A program made the position numbers and the translations under genes. Below the pieces are notes generated by a model that was not told the DNA's origin, did not search any database, and saw nothing but the letters and a program-made list of their open reading frames with translations. Of a DNA stretch of 47,247 nucleotides, positions 34,278 to 43,147 are shown piece by piece; the stretch's first letter is position 1; every line of letters begins with the position of its first letter. Source of the stretch: a virus; the IMG/VR virus record IMGVR_UViG_3300034025_000072, positions 1 to 47,247 of that record; one strand, 5' to 3'.

Positions 34278-37200
34278 TTAGTCCTCCGGGGTGTAGGTGG
34301 CGAAACGATCGATCGTCTCGTCCGTGATTTTGGTGTACTCGGTGAACTTAGGTATCACCTTGCGTCGAATCGCTTCGGCCTGCGGATCATTGAGTTTGGT
34401 GCCGGTTAGCGCACGTTGCAGCATGAAGAACTCCGACTCGTTCTCCCCGCCCATAGCGCCGGTGGCCTCGGTGGACGACCCGTACATGCCGCTCGACAGA
34501 TTGTTTTCCCAGCGATTCGTCGGAACCTGCGCGGTGATTGCCTTGAAGAGCAGCTCTTCCTCGGCTTTTGTCACGTCAGGGATCGCCCCAAGAATCGTAC
34601 GGAACCGCAGCTTAGGATCGGAGCCATAGCGATTGGTCTGTGCGACTCGCTCTTGCCCCTGCATTCCCTTCATTACGTGGTAGCTCTGACGAACCGCCTT
34701 GCCGAATTGCCCGACATTGGCCGCCATACTTCCGCCCGACGCACTCGATGCCACGTAGTCTCCGAATCCCATCTGGCCCTGCGCCGAGCTGATCCTCGCT
34801 GCCGAATCTGCGAATCGATCGTTAGCGAGCAGATTGCTGTAGACATCGCCAGCCGCAAACCTTCCGATCTTGGGATGTGTGGCGTCGAGGTGTTGCATGG
34901 TGGCCTGCATCTGAAGAGTCGATACTGCCGTCTCCCAGTCCGCATACGACCTGCCTTGCGCGTTCTCCTTGGCCTTTGCCCAGATTGGCGACGACTCGCC
35001 GGACGAGAACATCAACTTAGCCTCATCCGGCGTGATGCCCAGATCGGTAGCGACTCGTTGGAACCCCCGTTGATCGCCGATTGCCTGTGCCTGTTGCAAA
35101 ACATCGGGCTGAAGATTCTGGCCAAGATGACCGATCTGCTTGGCGATTGCGGGTGCGTTGTCCATAACGTAGTTGAACTGCGCCTGCGAGTACGCCTGAC
35201 CTACCTTGTTGGTGATTCGGCGAACCAGCTCTGCTTCCTTTTCCTTGGCATTTTGCTTGCCGCCACCAAGGAACGCCATGGCCTGACTCGTGCCGCCATT
35301 TTCACGGTCGAATGCAGCTACCTCTTCCTGCGCAGCCTGGTATGCAGCCGCAGCCTCGGGACTCACCTTGCCACCGAACCGCTGCCCGCCGCGCACCATC
35401 GCGATAAAGCCCCGCGCCGAGTCCTCTCCATTGAGCGGAGTCCCGGAAAGAAATGCCTTGGCCAGCGGCACGAGCGGCTTGTTATTGCCCGCCCATTGAC
35501 TCGCAATGCCGTCGATGACTCCCTGCCGTTGCTTGGCCATCTCGGCGAGTCGAGGCTGAAACTGCGCGGCCACCTGATCCTGTGTGCCATTGGCTGCTGC
35601 CGCACGAATCTTCTCGCGCATGGCGTTGACTTCGGGAGCCTGCGCGTTGATGATTGCCTGCAAGCCGTCAGCCTTGGCACCAGTCATCTGAAACGCTCGC
35701 ATGGCCCCAACTTGAGTCGCTGTGCCGATGCTCTGAGCAGTTGTCTCAAAGAGTTGAACGCCTCCCTGATTCATAGTGCCCTGCACCATCAGCTGGTCGC
35801 GCCCCATCGCACTCTGCAAACCAGCTCCGAGTCGATCCAGCGGCAATTGCTGCCCACCGAACTTACCTCCCTCGTTGATGGCCTGACGAATCTGGGCCGT
35901 GGTCATGCCTCCGATCAGCTTGTCGACCGACTCATCCCGAAACCTCATCGCCGCTTGACTCGCGTTCATACGAGTCACTTCCGTCGACAGAGCAACCTGC
36001 TGAAGCTGCAGGTCTTGCTCCCCGTACTTCTTGCCAAGAGTCAGAAGCTGGCCCTCGGTGAACTTCGCGCCGTTGACCGTGACCGTACCGTCGGACGACG
36101 CCTTGGCTTGATTCAGTGCCGACGTTACCTGACCAGGAGTCATCTGGGAAGCCACCTCGTCCGAAAGCCGAAGCCGCATGGCACGAACATTCTGATCGGC
36201 TTCCAGCCCAGCCATGTCACGATTCAGAATGGCATCGCCGAACGCCAGCGACTTGGCCGCCAGCTCGATTCCCTGCAAGCTGGAGTTTTGCTCCAAGACG
36301 TTGAGTGCCGTCTGACCTTGATGGGAAGCATCGACGATTCGCATGAGGTTTTGCTGCGCGCCCATAATCATTTCATATTGCCCGGCGGCAGCGGTGACTT
36401 GCGCGTCGATTCCTCCCTCGACCGACTTGAGGTGATCCTCGTCGTAGGTGGCGTCGAACAGGGACTTGAAGCCCTTGACTAGCGGGTTCATCCGAGTCAG
36501 TTCGGCTCGCCGTTCGGCCACCACACTCTTCTGGGCAAAGAGTGGCTTGACGTGATCCAGCAGCGCGGTGGTCTGACTCGCCTGCTCGTTGAGGACGTTA
36601 TCGACTCGTTCGTTGCGGGCTTCCTGTACACGAATCGCTTCCTGCGACAGTCCCTGCAATTGCCCGATCGCGCTGGTTAGTACCGAATCCGCTTCCCTCG
36701 CCCGAGTTTGCACACGATTCACGTCATCACTGATTGTGCCCGCCGCCTGATTAGGGTTCTGAATCTCGCTGACGATTCCGCCACCCTGCTCGCTTCGCCC
36801 CTGATCGCGTAGCACGTCTGGAATCGTAACATTCGGCAGATTGGGGTTCGTTGCCACGCCTGTTCCTCCCGAGCTTCCGCCCGCACCAACATATTCACGA
36901 CCATGGGGGCCGAGTCCCTGTACCCAATTGTCACCATGCTGACGAATCGCGCGGTCCACGTTGCCGGTGCCAGAATGGTACGCCGCCTTGGCTTTCCGCA
37001 GATCGCCCTTGTAGTATTGATTCAGGTCGCCCTGATGAAGATCCCCGAGCTGGAGATTGTAGTCGCGGTCATTCATCAGCCGCGCCTCATCCCACGGAAT
37101 CCCGTGCCGCTTGGCGGTTTCCCTCGCAGTTGCGACCTGAATCTGACTCACGCCGTAGGCTCGCTCGCTTGGCTTGGGCATGGACCCGTCGCGATACTTG

Positions 37201-37328
37201 CCCACCAGAGTCTTGCCGCTGGCGTCCTTTTGCTTGCCGCCCGACTCTTGCCGAATCTGTTCTTCTGGCAAGTTAGTTGGCTTGTACCCCGCCGCCGCTG
37301 CCGCCATGAATCCGTTAAGTATGCTCAT
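34278..37328 (-). CDS. Internal virion protein with an N-terminal soluble lytic transglycosylase (SLT) domain (1016 aa)
   Basis: ATG at 37328 (MSILNGF...). SLT motifs are IRQESGG, AYGVSQIQ and AAYHSGTGNV. The architecture is like T7 gp16. Confidence 0.8.
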   Translation of the reverse strand: MSILNGFMAAAAAGYKPTNLPEEQIRQESGGKQKDASGKTLVGKYRDGSMPKPSERAYGVSQIQVATARETAKRHGIPWDEARLMNDRDYNLQLGDLHQGDLNQYYKGDLRKAKAAYHSGTGNVDRAIRQHGDNWVQGLGPHGREYVGAGGSSGGTGVATNPNLPNVTIPDVLRDQGRSEQGGGIVSEIQNPNQAAGTISDDVNRVQTRAREADSVLTSAIGQLQGLSQEAIRVQEARNERVDNVLNEQASQTTALLDHVKPLFAQKSVVAERRAELTRMNPLVKGFKSLFDATYDEDHLKSVEGGIDAQVTAAAGQYEMIMGAQQNLMRIVDASHQGQTALNVLEQNSSLQGIELAAKSLAFGDAILNRDMAGLEADQNVRAMRLRLSDEVASQMTPGQVTSALNQAKASSDGTVTVNGAKFTEGQLLTLGKKYGEQDLQLQQVALSTEVTRMNASQAAMRFRDESVDKLIGGMTTAQIRQAINEGGKFGGQQLPLDRLGAGLQSAMGRDQLMVQGTMNQGGVQLFETTAQSIGTATQVGAMRAFQMTGAKADGLQAIINAQAPEVNAMREKIRAAAANGTQDQVAAQFQPRLAEMAKQRQGVIDGIASQWAGNNKPLVPLAKAFLSGTPLNGEDSARGFIAMVRGGQRFGGKVSPEAAAAYQAAQEEVAAFDRENGGTSQAMAFLGGGKQNAKEKEAELVRRITNKVGQAYSQAQFNYVMDNAPAIAKQIGHLGQNLQPDVLQQAQAIGDQRGFQRVATDLGITPDEAKLMFSSGESSPIWAKAKENAQGRSYADWETAVSTLQMQATMQHLDATHPKIGRFAAGDVYSNLLANDRFADSAARISSAQGQMGFGDYVASSASGGSMAANVGQFGKAVRQSYHVMKGMQGQERVAQTNRYGSDPKLRFRTILGAIPDVTKAEEELLFKAITAQVPTNRWENNLSSGMYGSSTEATGAMGGENESEFFMLQRALTGTKLNDPQAEAIRRKVIPKFTEYTKITDETIDRFATYTPED

Positions 37329-37329
37329 T

Positions 37330-38184
37330 CTATAGCCCCAAGCTGACGCCGCCACCCTTCTTGGTGTTGGTTCCGACGACCGTACCCGACGATTGATTCG
37401 TGCTGGCGATCAACTGGTTGATGATCTCCTCCACGGTCTGCGCGGTTTTGACGGTTTGGTCGGTGGTTTGAGTCCCGGATTCGACCGTGTTGGTTGTGGT
37501 GCCGCCCGTCGACGCCTCGGTGTTGGCGGTCTGCTGCGTGGTTTGGGACTCGCCGCCCTTGATGCTGTTCAGAAACTGCGCAAGAGCATTGGTTTCGCTC
37601 GTGCCGATACCCGCGATCGTCCCCGCGCGCTGATTCATAATGCCTTGCGCGGTCTGTGTTGCTTGGGCCTGCACACCTGCCAGATTCGCCGCCGTCTCGT
37701 TCGCCATCTTATTCTGCAAAAGCGCAGCCGCCGAGTTCTCGTTGGTGTTGCCGCCGACCAGCCCCACGATGCCACGAATCGTTTCACCCAGCTTGGTTTC
37801 GCCCGAGGACCTTGCCGCGCGCATCGTCGACTCGATGAACTGTTCCGGGTCGAAATCGCCAAGTGCGCCCATCGCTGTTCCGCCGTCCGCCTTGGACGAA
37901 AGAATCTTGTTGATGAACTGACTGGCGCCGTCCGCAATCGAGTCAAGAACGCCCGCGCCGAATCCGGTTGTGCCACCCGTTACAACTTGAGTGCCGGTGG
38001 TGGCCTGATTCGTGCCGGAGGTTTGGGTCCCCGTGTTGGTCGACGAGTTGGTGCCCGTCGTGGATTGAGTCCCGGACGTGGTACTGGTGTTGGTGCCGGT
38101 CTGGGATTGAGTCCCGGTCTCGGTCTTGTTGGCAGTCTCCTTGGACTTGCTCTTGTTGGTGCCGAAGCTAAGGCCGAATGCCAT
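37330..38184 (-). CDS. Low-complexity (Thr/Gly/Gln/Asn-rich) internal virion protein candidate (284 aa)
   Basis: ATG start 3 nt after the upstream stop. Both termini are T/G/Q/N repeats. The call comes from its position just upstream of the SLT protein gene. Confidence 0.5.
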   Translation of the reverse strand: MAFGLSFGTNKSKSKETANKTETGTQSQTGTNTSTTSGTQSTTGTNSSTNTGTQTSGTNQATTGTQVVTGGTTGFGAGVLDSIADGASQFINKILSSKADGGTAMGALGDFDPEQFIESTMRAARSSGETKLGETIRGIVGLVGGNTNENSAAALLQNKMANETAANLAGVQAQATQTAQGIMNQRAGTIAGIGTSETNALAQFLNSIKGGESQTTQQTANTEASTGGTTTNTVESGTQTTDQTVKTAQTVEEIINQLIASTNQSSGTVVGTNTKKGGGVSLGL

Positions 38185-38187
38185 GAA

Positions 38188-39288
38188 TCAATTCCCCTTC
38201 ATGATGTAGCAGAGGGCATAGTACGGCTGCACCACCTCCAGCTCATCGACTGTGATTAGGTGCGAGTGAGCGCCACCCAGCTCTTGAGTCAGGTCATGCG
38301 TGTGAGGCATACCTCCGCCAACTTGCGTGGTCTTGCCCTCACGAGTCCCGTTGCTGCTGTTGCCGTCGATCGAGTTCGCCAAGCCCGGCACCGCTGGGAC
38401 TCCGCCATGATTAAACAGGTTGTCGTTCTTGTCAACGACTCCGTTCATATGCTCATGCTGCGGAATCTGCTCGATGGTCAAAGTTGTCTCACCAACCGTG
38501 CCTTCGTGCGTATGCGCACCACTCTCGCTCATCGATAGCTCAAGAGTCACGCTACCCGGCGCGCTGTCACCAACAGCTAAAGTCCCACCCGCGCCCACAA
38601 CGAATCGGTCGCGAAGATCAGGAGTGCCGTTGGCCCCGTTGCATAGCCGGAATCCCGTGGGAATCGCATTGGCTGCCCCCGACCAAAGTAGAATGCAGCC
38701 AACGGGAACCAACCGCAGTCGAATCACTTCCTCCAACCAAGCCAGTTTTACTTGGTTCGCGGCGAGAGTGAGATTGCCGCCAGAAGTATCAACCGAGCCA
38801 GTGTGCTTGCCGGTAGAGTCGCCGGTAAGATTACCAGTGACATTGCCAGTAACGTCTCCATCCAAGTCACCGATGAATCCCCCCTTCCCCTGAACCATCT
38901 GCGTAAACTCATGGTCCCCCGACCACTTATGACTCGACTTAACCTCGGCAGCTAGGGACGCCTTCGGGTTGCCATCGTAACCCTTGGGATTCGTAAGCAC
39001 GAGGCTATCGGTGTTTACCTCGATCGTGCGAACACGATAGTCACTGGGTCCGCGACGTACCAGGAATCCTTTCTCCTGTGGCTCGAAGCCAAGTAGCCCA
39101 TCAAGCTCTTGACTCCGGGGCTGATACCGCTCGTCCGCATTGGCTCCCGAGTAGAACCTCCGCCCACCGACAGTTGCGCCGTCGTCCAGAATCAAATCCC
39201 AGTTCGACTCATCGACTCGCAGCTCTCCCGGCAGCCCGACGAACTTTCGAGCTACGTCGTAGATTTGCCGAAGGAGTTGCAGAGCCAT
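38188..39288 (-). CDS. Tail fibre protein with a phage tail-collar domain (366 aa)
   Basis: The tail-collar signature is GCILLWSGAANAIPTGFRLCNGANGTPDLRDRFVVGAGG. The start overlaps the upstream stop (TAATG). Confidence 0.75.
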   Translation of the reverse strand: MALQLLRQIYDVARKFVGLPGELRVDESNWDLILDDGATVGGRRFYSGANADERYQPRSQELDGLLGFEPQEKGFLVRRGPSDYRVRTIEVNTDSLVLTNPKGYDGNPKASLAAEVKSSHKWSGDHEFTQMVQGKGGFIGDLDGDVTGNVTGNLTGDSTGKHTGSVDTSGGNLTLAANQVKLAWLEEVIRLRLVPVGCILLWSGAANAIPTGFRLCNGANGTPDLRDRFVVGAGGTLAVGDSAPGSVTLELSMSESGAHTHEGTVGETTLTIEQIPQHEHMNGVVDKNDNLFNHGGVPAVPGLANSIDGNSSNGTREGKTTQVGGGMPHTHDLTQELGGAHSHLITVDELEVVQPYYALCYIMKGN

Positions 39289-41030
39289 TAGAGGAGTCGT
39301 CCCGCGCTGACAGCCGTGAGTTCAAGAGTCCGTAGATGAAAGGCTTCCCCGACCTCTCCGGCTCCTACCTCAATAATGTGCCAGATTCCCACCGCCGAAC
39401 AAGAGTAATGTCGCGCAGCTTTGCTGAATCCAACCACCACGGGGGTTACAGGCTCGCCAAACATCGTCACACCATCCACTGTGGGCAGAATCGTGAGCGA
39501 GTGATTGACGTAGTTGATTTCCTGAAAGCCATAATACGCCGACTCGTCAGGATTGTTGAAGTCCTGCGCGGGCGGGGGCGCCAGTGAATAGTTGTCGGCA
39601 CTACGAGTCGTCGGTCCAGTTGCGTTCGAGCGAACAAGAACCTGCGTAATCTCCGAAAGCTCGTCGTGCGACATTTCTTTGGTTGAGCGGAACAGCCCTA
39701 TCTGGACTCGTGCGTTAAGCGGCATTAGGCTGGGGGCCAAGACGGCGTTGGCATTCGTGAGGTAGTATCCCGCCCGCCCTGCCTTGGCAGGAATCGTACC
39801 CAGCGTCAAGCTACTCGAAAGAACGGTTCCCTCGTCCCCGCCGAGATAGTGAAACGGCTTCTGAATCGTAGGGTAGTGAAGGTCTGTAGTTCGATTGGAC
39901 GGTACACTCTCCCGACTCCCTGTTGGAAGCCAGACTCGTGCTCGACGTTCCGCATCGACAAAGCCGAAATAATCGTCCAGCCGGTCTCCCGATCCGATGC
40001 GGAATGGCAAAATCCCATAGTGCGACTCATTAAACTGACCCCATTTTTGCGTGGGAGGGTAAAGCACAAACGACTTCTCGTAGAGAGGGTCATACCGACT
40101 GAACGAGAAGCTAAGGTAAAGGAGTCGCTGTAGCTCGTCCCATTCCAATCCTACATTGTCCTCAAGATTGAGCTGATTCTCCTGAAGAAAGCCAATCAGG
40201 AACTCGTTGAAGAGCTGCGCGAAAGGCTGTGGTGCCTCACCCGCGCTGGCAAAGAGTCCTCGCTCATCGAGAATGACGACGGTGTTGTCATCCTGCTTGA
40301 AGATGCAGAACGAATTGATCGGACGATATTCCGTGTTGAGTGCGCGGTGCCGATAGACCTCTTGATCCCCGGTGTATTCGCTCCGAAGGACTCCGCCAGT
40401 AGTCCATGTCAGGACTCCGCGCGCATAGCTCGTGACCATGATGGGGTAGCCTGGGACTCGTGCCGCGAGCTTCTGGAACCCTGCGCCACCTAGCTTGGGC
40501 TCGAAGTTTGTGCCATCGCTGGGGTCACTCCAAAACAAGAACTCGGGCGTTACGGCTAGGAGTCGCCCGTTATCCACACAGATCGCGAGGGCATCCGTGG
40601 GCGTACCTTCCGTGTTGAGCACAAACGCCTGATCGGAGTCGAGGCCATACGCGATGATTCCAACCTGCGGACGGCAGAAGTACATGACTCCTGACAGAAA
40701 CCCATAGGTCCAGCGGTAAGGCTGGCTCGAAGTATCGTCGGTAACGTATACGACTCGCCAGCCACCCAAGTCCTCCCTCCACTCAAGAATGCCCTTGGTG
40801 GTGAAGGTAAAGACTCGGTCACCCGACCGCAGCTTGAGCCTCACGCCCTGCACCTGCTCGCAATCCACCAGCTTGTGCGACAACAGCAGCCGATTCCCAA
40901 AGGCACTCTTGGGACCGATCGCGTCGAAGATGTAGTTGTCCCCGTTCAGGACAAACTGCTCTCCGCTACGAGTCGGATCGACCGCAGGCGTGAGCCCCTT
41001 TACGTCGGCAAGGCGGTAGACTTCGCTCAT
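39288..41030 (-). CDS. Virion structural protein, putative tail or nozzle component (580 aa)
   Basis: RBS ggaagg. It sits within the tail gene block and reads as beta-rich. I recognised no specific motif. Confidence 0.45.
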   Translation of the reverse strand: MSEVYRLADVKGLTPAVDPTRSGEQFVLNGDNYIFDAIGPKSAFGNRLLLSHKLVDCEQVQGVRLKLRSGDRVFTFTTKGILEWREDLGGWRVVYVTDDTSSQPYRWTYGFLSGVMYFCRPQVGIIAYGLDSDQAFVLNTEGTPTDALAICVDNGRLLAVTPEFLFWSDPSDGTNFEPKLGGAGFQKLAARVPGYPIMVTSYARGVLTWTTGGVLRSEYTGDQEVYRHRALNTEYRPINSFCIFKQDDNTVVILDERGLFASAGEAPQPFAQLFNEFLIGFLQENQLNLEDNVGLEWDELQRLLYLSFSFSRYDPLYEKSFVLYPPTQKWGQFNESHYGILPFRIGSGDRLDDYFGFVDAERRARVWLPTGSRESVPSNRTTDLHYPTIQKPFHYLGGDEGTVLSSSLTLGTIPAKAGRAGYYLTNANAVLAPSLMPLNARVQIGLFRSTKEMSHDELSEITQVLVRSNATGPTTRSADNYSLAPPPAQDFNNPDESAYYGFQEINYVNHSLTILPTVDGVTMFGEPVTPVVVGFSKAARHYSCSAVGIWHIIEVGAGEVGEAFHLRTLELTAVSAGRLL

Positions 41031-41033
41031 GGC

Positions 41034-41498
41034 TTACCTTCCGTAGATGCGATACTTGAACCGGCGATCGGCCTGAATCGTGTCAGGAGTGATCGTGAGG
41101 TCTCCGGGCATCGCGCTAGACAATGCAAACACCGGACCTTCACGACTCACTGACTCGGTGGTAAGCATCAAGCGGCGAACTGGCTTGTCGAAGTTGCCCC
41201 CAACCGCAGCCCATTCCAGCCAACCCGACTCGAACCATGGCTCCCCGTTCAGCGTGCCCTCGCTGGGCCAGCCGACGGAGCTGCGTTGAATCTCTTGGCG
41301 CGCGTAACCGAACGCGAAATTCGGCTCCACGCAGTCCTCCATAAGAAGCTCGGGGTCCGGCATGGCGTCAACGAGTCCGACAAAGAACTCGGTGTCGATG
41401 TTGCAAAGTGCGGCGGCCAGCACTGTCCTCGCGCCGAAAAGCGTGATGTTGTTCGGAATCACCAAACCATCCGCCCGAATAAACTCACCCCGTAGCAT
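41034..41498 (-). CDS. Hypothetical structural-module protein (154 aa)
   Basis: Strong RBS aaggag 7 nt upstream of the ATG. Confidence 0.55.
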   Translation of the reverse strand: MLRGEFIRADGLVIPNNITLFGARTVLAAALCNIDTEFFVGLVDAMPDPELLMEDCVEPNFAFGYARQEIQRSSVGWPSEGTLNGEPWFESGWLEWAAVGGNFDKPVRRLMLTTESVSREGPVFALSSAMPGDLTITPDTIQADRRFKYRIYGR

Positions 41499-41509
41499 CT
41501 TACGACTCC

Positions 41510-42142
41510 TTAGTTAGGGCACTTGGAGAGTTGAGCTAGACTGACTCGAATGGCTCCGATTGCTGCCTCGCGCGCCACCGAGTCGATAATGGACTCGGCA
41601 CGGAACAGCGCGATATTGAGTCCCAGCCGAGTCTCGGGTGCTTTCGAGCAAAGGATGGGTTGCACCGCCATCATGGTCGTGCAGCCGCTCATCATCAGAG
41701 TCGCCAGAAACACCACAATGACCGTGACGAACCAAGGCGATTCGAGCCGATTCCGCTGGTAGCCCGGAAACAATGGCGGCAGCGGGGACGTTTCGTTCAT
41801 CTCCTGAGTCAATTCCTCGACCTTGGTGACGGTTCGCTGCTCTATGACCTGTCGTGCGAGATCGGCTTGCGAACAGCCATTGGTGACTCGATTCGAGAGG
41901 TAGAGCCCAAGAACCTTGGACACCTTACGAACGAATCCCCAGAACCCTACAGCGTCGTCGGGGATTGCCCGGCCGAGGAAGTTGAAAAGAAAGACCGCCA
42001 TCGGAATCAACAACGCAATCAGCGCTGGATCGATTCCAATGGCGGCCGCATACTGGTGTAAAATGTTGTCCACGAATCGTAACCTCCCTACCACCCCGCA
42101 TCGGGCTAACCAACGGTAGTGCGAGTTAGCATTACGATCCAT
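41510..42142 (-). CDS. Membrane protein with two hydrophobic segments, the second ending in a lipobox-like LMMSGC (210 aa)
   Basis: Segment 1 is PALIALLIPMAVFLFNFLG. It is followed by a charged helical linker and then PWFVTVIVVFLATLMMSGC. The gene is embedded between tail genes. Confidence 0.55.
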   Translation of the reverse strand: MDRNANSHYRWLARCGVVGRLRFVDNILHQYAAAIGIDPALIALLIPMAVFLFNFLGRAIPDDAVGFWGFVRKVSKVLGLYLSNRVTNGCSQADLARQVIEQRTVTKVEELTQEMNETSPLPPLFPGYQRNRLESPWFVTVIVVFLATLMMSGCTTMMAVQPILCSKAPETRLGLNIALFRAESIIDSVAREAAIGAIRVSLAQLSKCPN

Positions 42143-42154
42143 AGTTATTCAGCT

Positions 42155-43147
42155 TCAGCTTTGACTCAACGTCCAGTGACCGTAGTTACCGACGAGTCGA
42201 AACGGGTATTCGGCGCACACCAGGAAGATTCCGGCAAACGCAGGCTTTCCACCAAAGTAGGTGTCGGCGGTATCCTGCGCCATAAGAATCCATACCTTTC
42301 CCTCTACTGACACTTCAAAGTAGGTGATTCCAGCGGCGGCATCATACCGGATTCTAAACCAGTTAGGCGGCGCGCTAGCCCAAACTATGAGAGTTTCGAG
42401 TCCATCATAGCCAACATTACTGAATCGAACGTGATGCAGCCTCTCCCGTGTGTCCCAGCCCCAAGTAAGCTGCTTGGTTTTGCCGGCGTTTTGGGTTATG
42501 ATTCCTACGTTTGCGAACCGATTCGGCGAGCCAAGCATCTGATAATCGATGCGAGCAGTCGCAGTCCAATCTGCGTTAGGATTCGGGATGGCCTGCGATC
42601 TCCCACTTACCACCGGGGAAGGACCATCTGCGTACATTATGAGGCCATCATACGAGTCCTGGATGTACTGAAGGGGGTTCCCGAAAAGCTCGGGGAGTTC
42701 AGCAAGAATCGGGGGGTCGAACCAAGGTGGAGTGCTGCTGCCACCTCCACCAACCGACTCGGCTGCCCATGCACCATCTTTGCGAACGTACCCTACACCA
42801 TCCTCGGGAGCCTCCTCGATGCCAGCGGCTTGCGACTCGATGGCTACCCACGCCCCATCCTTACGCGCATATTGTGTGCCGTCGCTGGGTGCGTCCGGGA
42901 TTCCTGCTTCGGAGGGCTCGTACAAGACCCACTCACCGTTGGTGCGCAGGTACAATTCACTACCTTCTGGGGCGTCAGCGAATCCCTCGCCAATGGCCTC
43001 CCAGAGTTCGGAGTCCCAGTTGTACCTATACAGCTTCGACTCATCCTCTGCTTGAAAAAAGCAAAGAGCACCCTCTAGCCCCAACGGCACCAACGGACGA
43101 TCAGCTAGGAGTCCGCTATCCAAGTAGCTGGTCAGAAGGCCGGTCAT
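42155..43147 (-). CDS. Tail fibre / receptor-binding protein candidate with three (D/E)AP.DG..Y.R.DG.W repeats (330 aa)
   Basis: The repeats are ADAPEGSELYLRTNGEWV, PDAPSDGTQYARKDGAWV and EEAPEDGVGYVRKDGAWA. I recall this repeat from phage tail fibre proteins. Confidence 0.6.
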   Translation of the reverse strand: MTGLLTSYLDSGLLADRPLVPLGLEGALCFFQAEDESKLYRYNWDSELWEAIGEGFADAPEGSELYLRTNGEWVLYEPSEAGIPDAPSDGTQYARKDGAWVAIESQAAGIEEAPEDGVGYVRKDGAWAAESVGGGGSSTPPWFDPPILAELPELFGNPLQYIQDSYDGLIMYADGPSPVVSGRSQAIPNPNADWTATARIDYQMLGSPNRFANVGIITQNAGKTKQLTWGWDTRERLHHVRFSNVGYDGLETLIVWASAPPNWFRIRYDAAAGITYFEVSVEGKVWILMAQDTADTYFGGKPAFAGIFLVCAEYPFRLVGNYGHWTLSQS

